Below are positions 63,436 through 64,000 of a stretch of DNA of 64,000 nt, one piece after another. The DNA comes from Selaginella moellendorffii (lineage: Eukaryota > Plantae > Lycopodiophyta), in contig NW_003314293.1 of NCBI RefSeq assembly GCF_000143415.4, positions 1,741,610 through 1,805,609 on the forward strand, written 5' to 3'. Position 1 is the first letter of the stretch, and each line of letters begins with the position of its first letter. The notes below the pieces were generated by a model. That model was not told where the DNA came from. It worked only from the letters and a program-made list of their open reading frames with translations, and did not search any database. The position numbers and the translations under genes were made by a program.

Positions 63436-63659
63436 TGTGGAGAGCAGTGAAGCATTTCTCGTGTTTGAGCGAGCATTGGGGGAAGCGCCCCTCCTTTCCC
63501 CAACAGAACATGCATACATTCTTACCAAATGGTGCAATCCAACTAATCCTACACAGGTCGCTTTGGATCTACTAAAAAAGTCTTTTTATAAGCAACTTGA
63601 GTCAGAAAATCCGACAAAAGTTGGATAGGAATTGCTAAGACAATTCCTCTAATACCAAA

Positions 63660-64000
63660 TGTAACGCACCTGAATTTAGAGCTGAACTCCAAGCCCATTG
63701 CGCTATGAAACGAGGGTCTAGTACAATCCCACGAACACCAGCTCCCTGTATCCAGCACCTACACACAAAATGGTGTCAGATGGAGTCTGGCACAATTTTG
63801 GTATACCGGTGGCCTAACGCGAGGAGGAAGGTAACCCACCGACTAAAGTAGTGTGGAGTTTAGGCTTAGACCCAAGCTGGACGTAGAACAAAGAGCGACA
63901 CAACCCAATAGAAGCCAAATTAATGTCTCAAGTGGTTAGACATGCATTCCAACCACTATCCCTACTATACATTTGGAACCCCCCATACCCCCCCCCCCCC
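63660..64000 (-). mobile_element. LTR (cut by window edge) related to the chromovirus LTR family, with adjacent iMet-like PBS
   Basis: CTCTAATACCA-AA-TGTAAC junction. CACTATCCCTACTATACATTTGGAACCCCC at ~63954-63983 matches 52021-52050. Confidence 0.7.

Noticed and set aside
1-64000. CRISPR arrays, rRNA or intact tRNA genes
   Set aside because: None seen. The tandem repeats lack unique spacers and the DNA is eukaryotic.

Overview
Eukaryotic, land-plant-type genomic DNA. The very short 42-59 nt GT-AG introns, F-box relics and CG/CHG-biased C>T decay suggest a compact-intron plant such as a Selaginella-like lycophyte (inference). About two thirds of the window is nested transposable elements: several decayed Ty3/gypsy elements, a hAT DNA transposon (TIRs, 8-bp TSD) carrying a solo LTR, a nearly intact Ty1/copia element with TG..GA termini, and a nearly intact chromovirus. 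The centre (~21.6-44.6 kb) is a tandem array of ~8.3-kb units. Each unit holds a pseudogenised conserved plant gene, an F-box fragment and a 5-exon gene for a Crinkler/CR-like protein (SAM-like header + P-loop NTPase + restriction-endonuclease-like fold + C-terminal NLS). Only the copy at 41029-43757 is intact. Two observations stand out. (1) Two short spliceosomal-type introns interrupt the integrase of the chromovirus; removing them exactly restores the HPQTDGQTER and KLTQRFAGPY motifs, which suggests splice-controlled integrase production. (2) The CR-like effector array has a hypervariable header.
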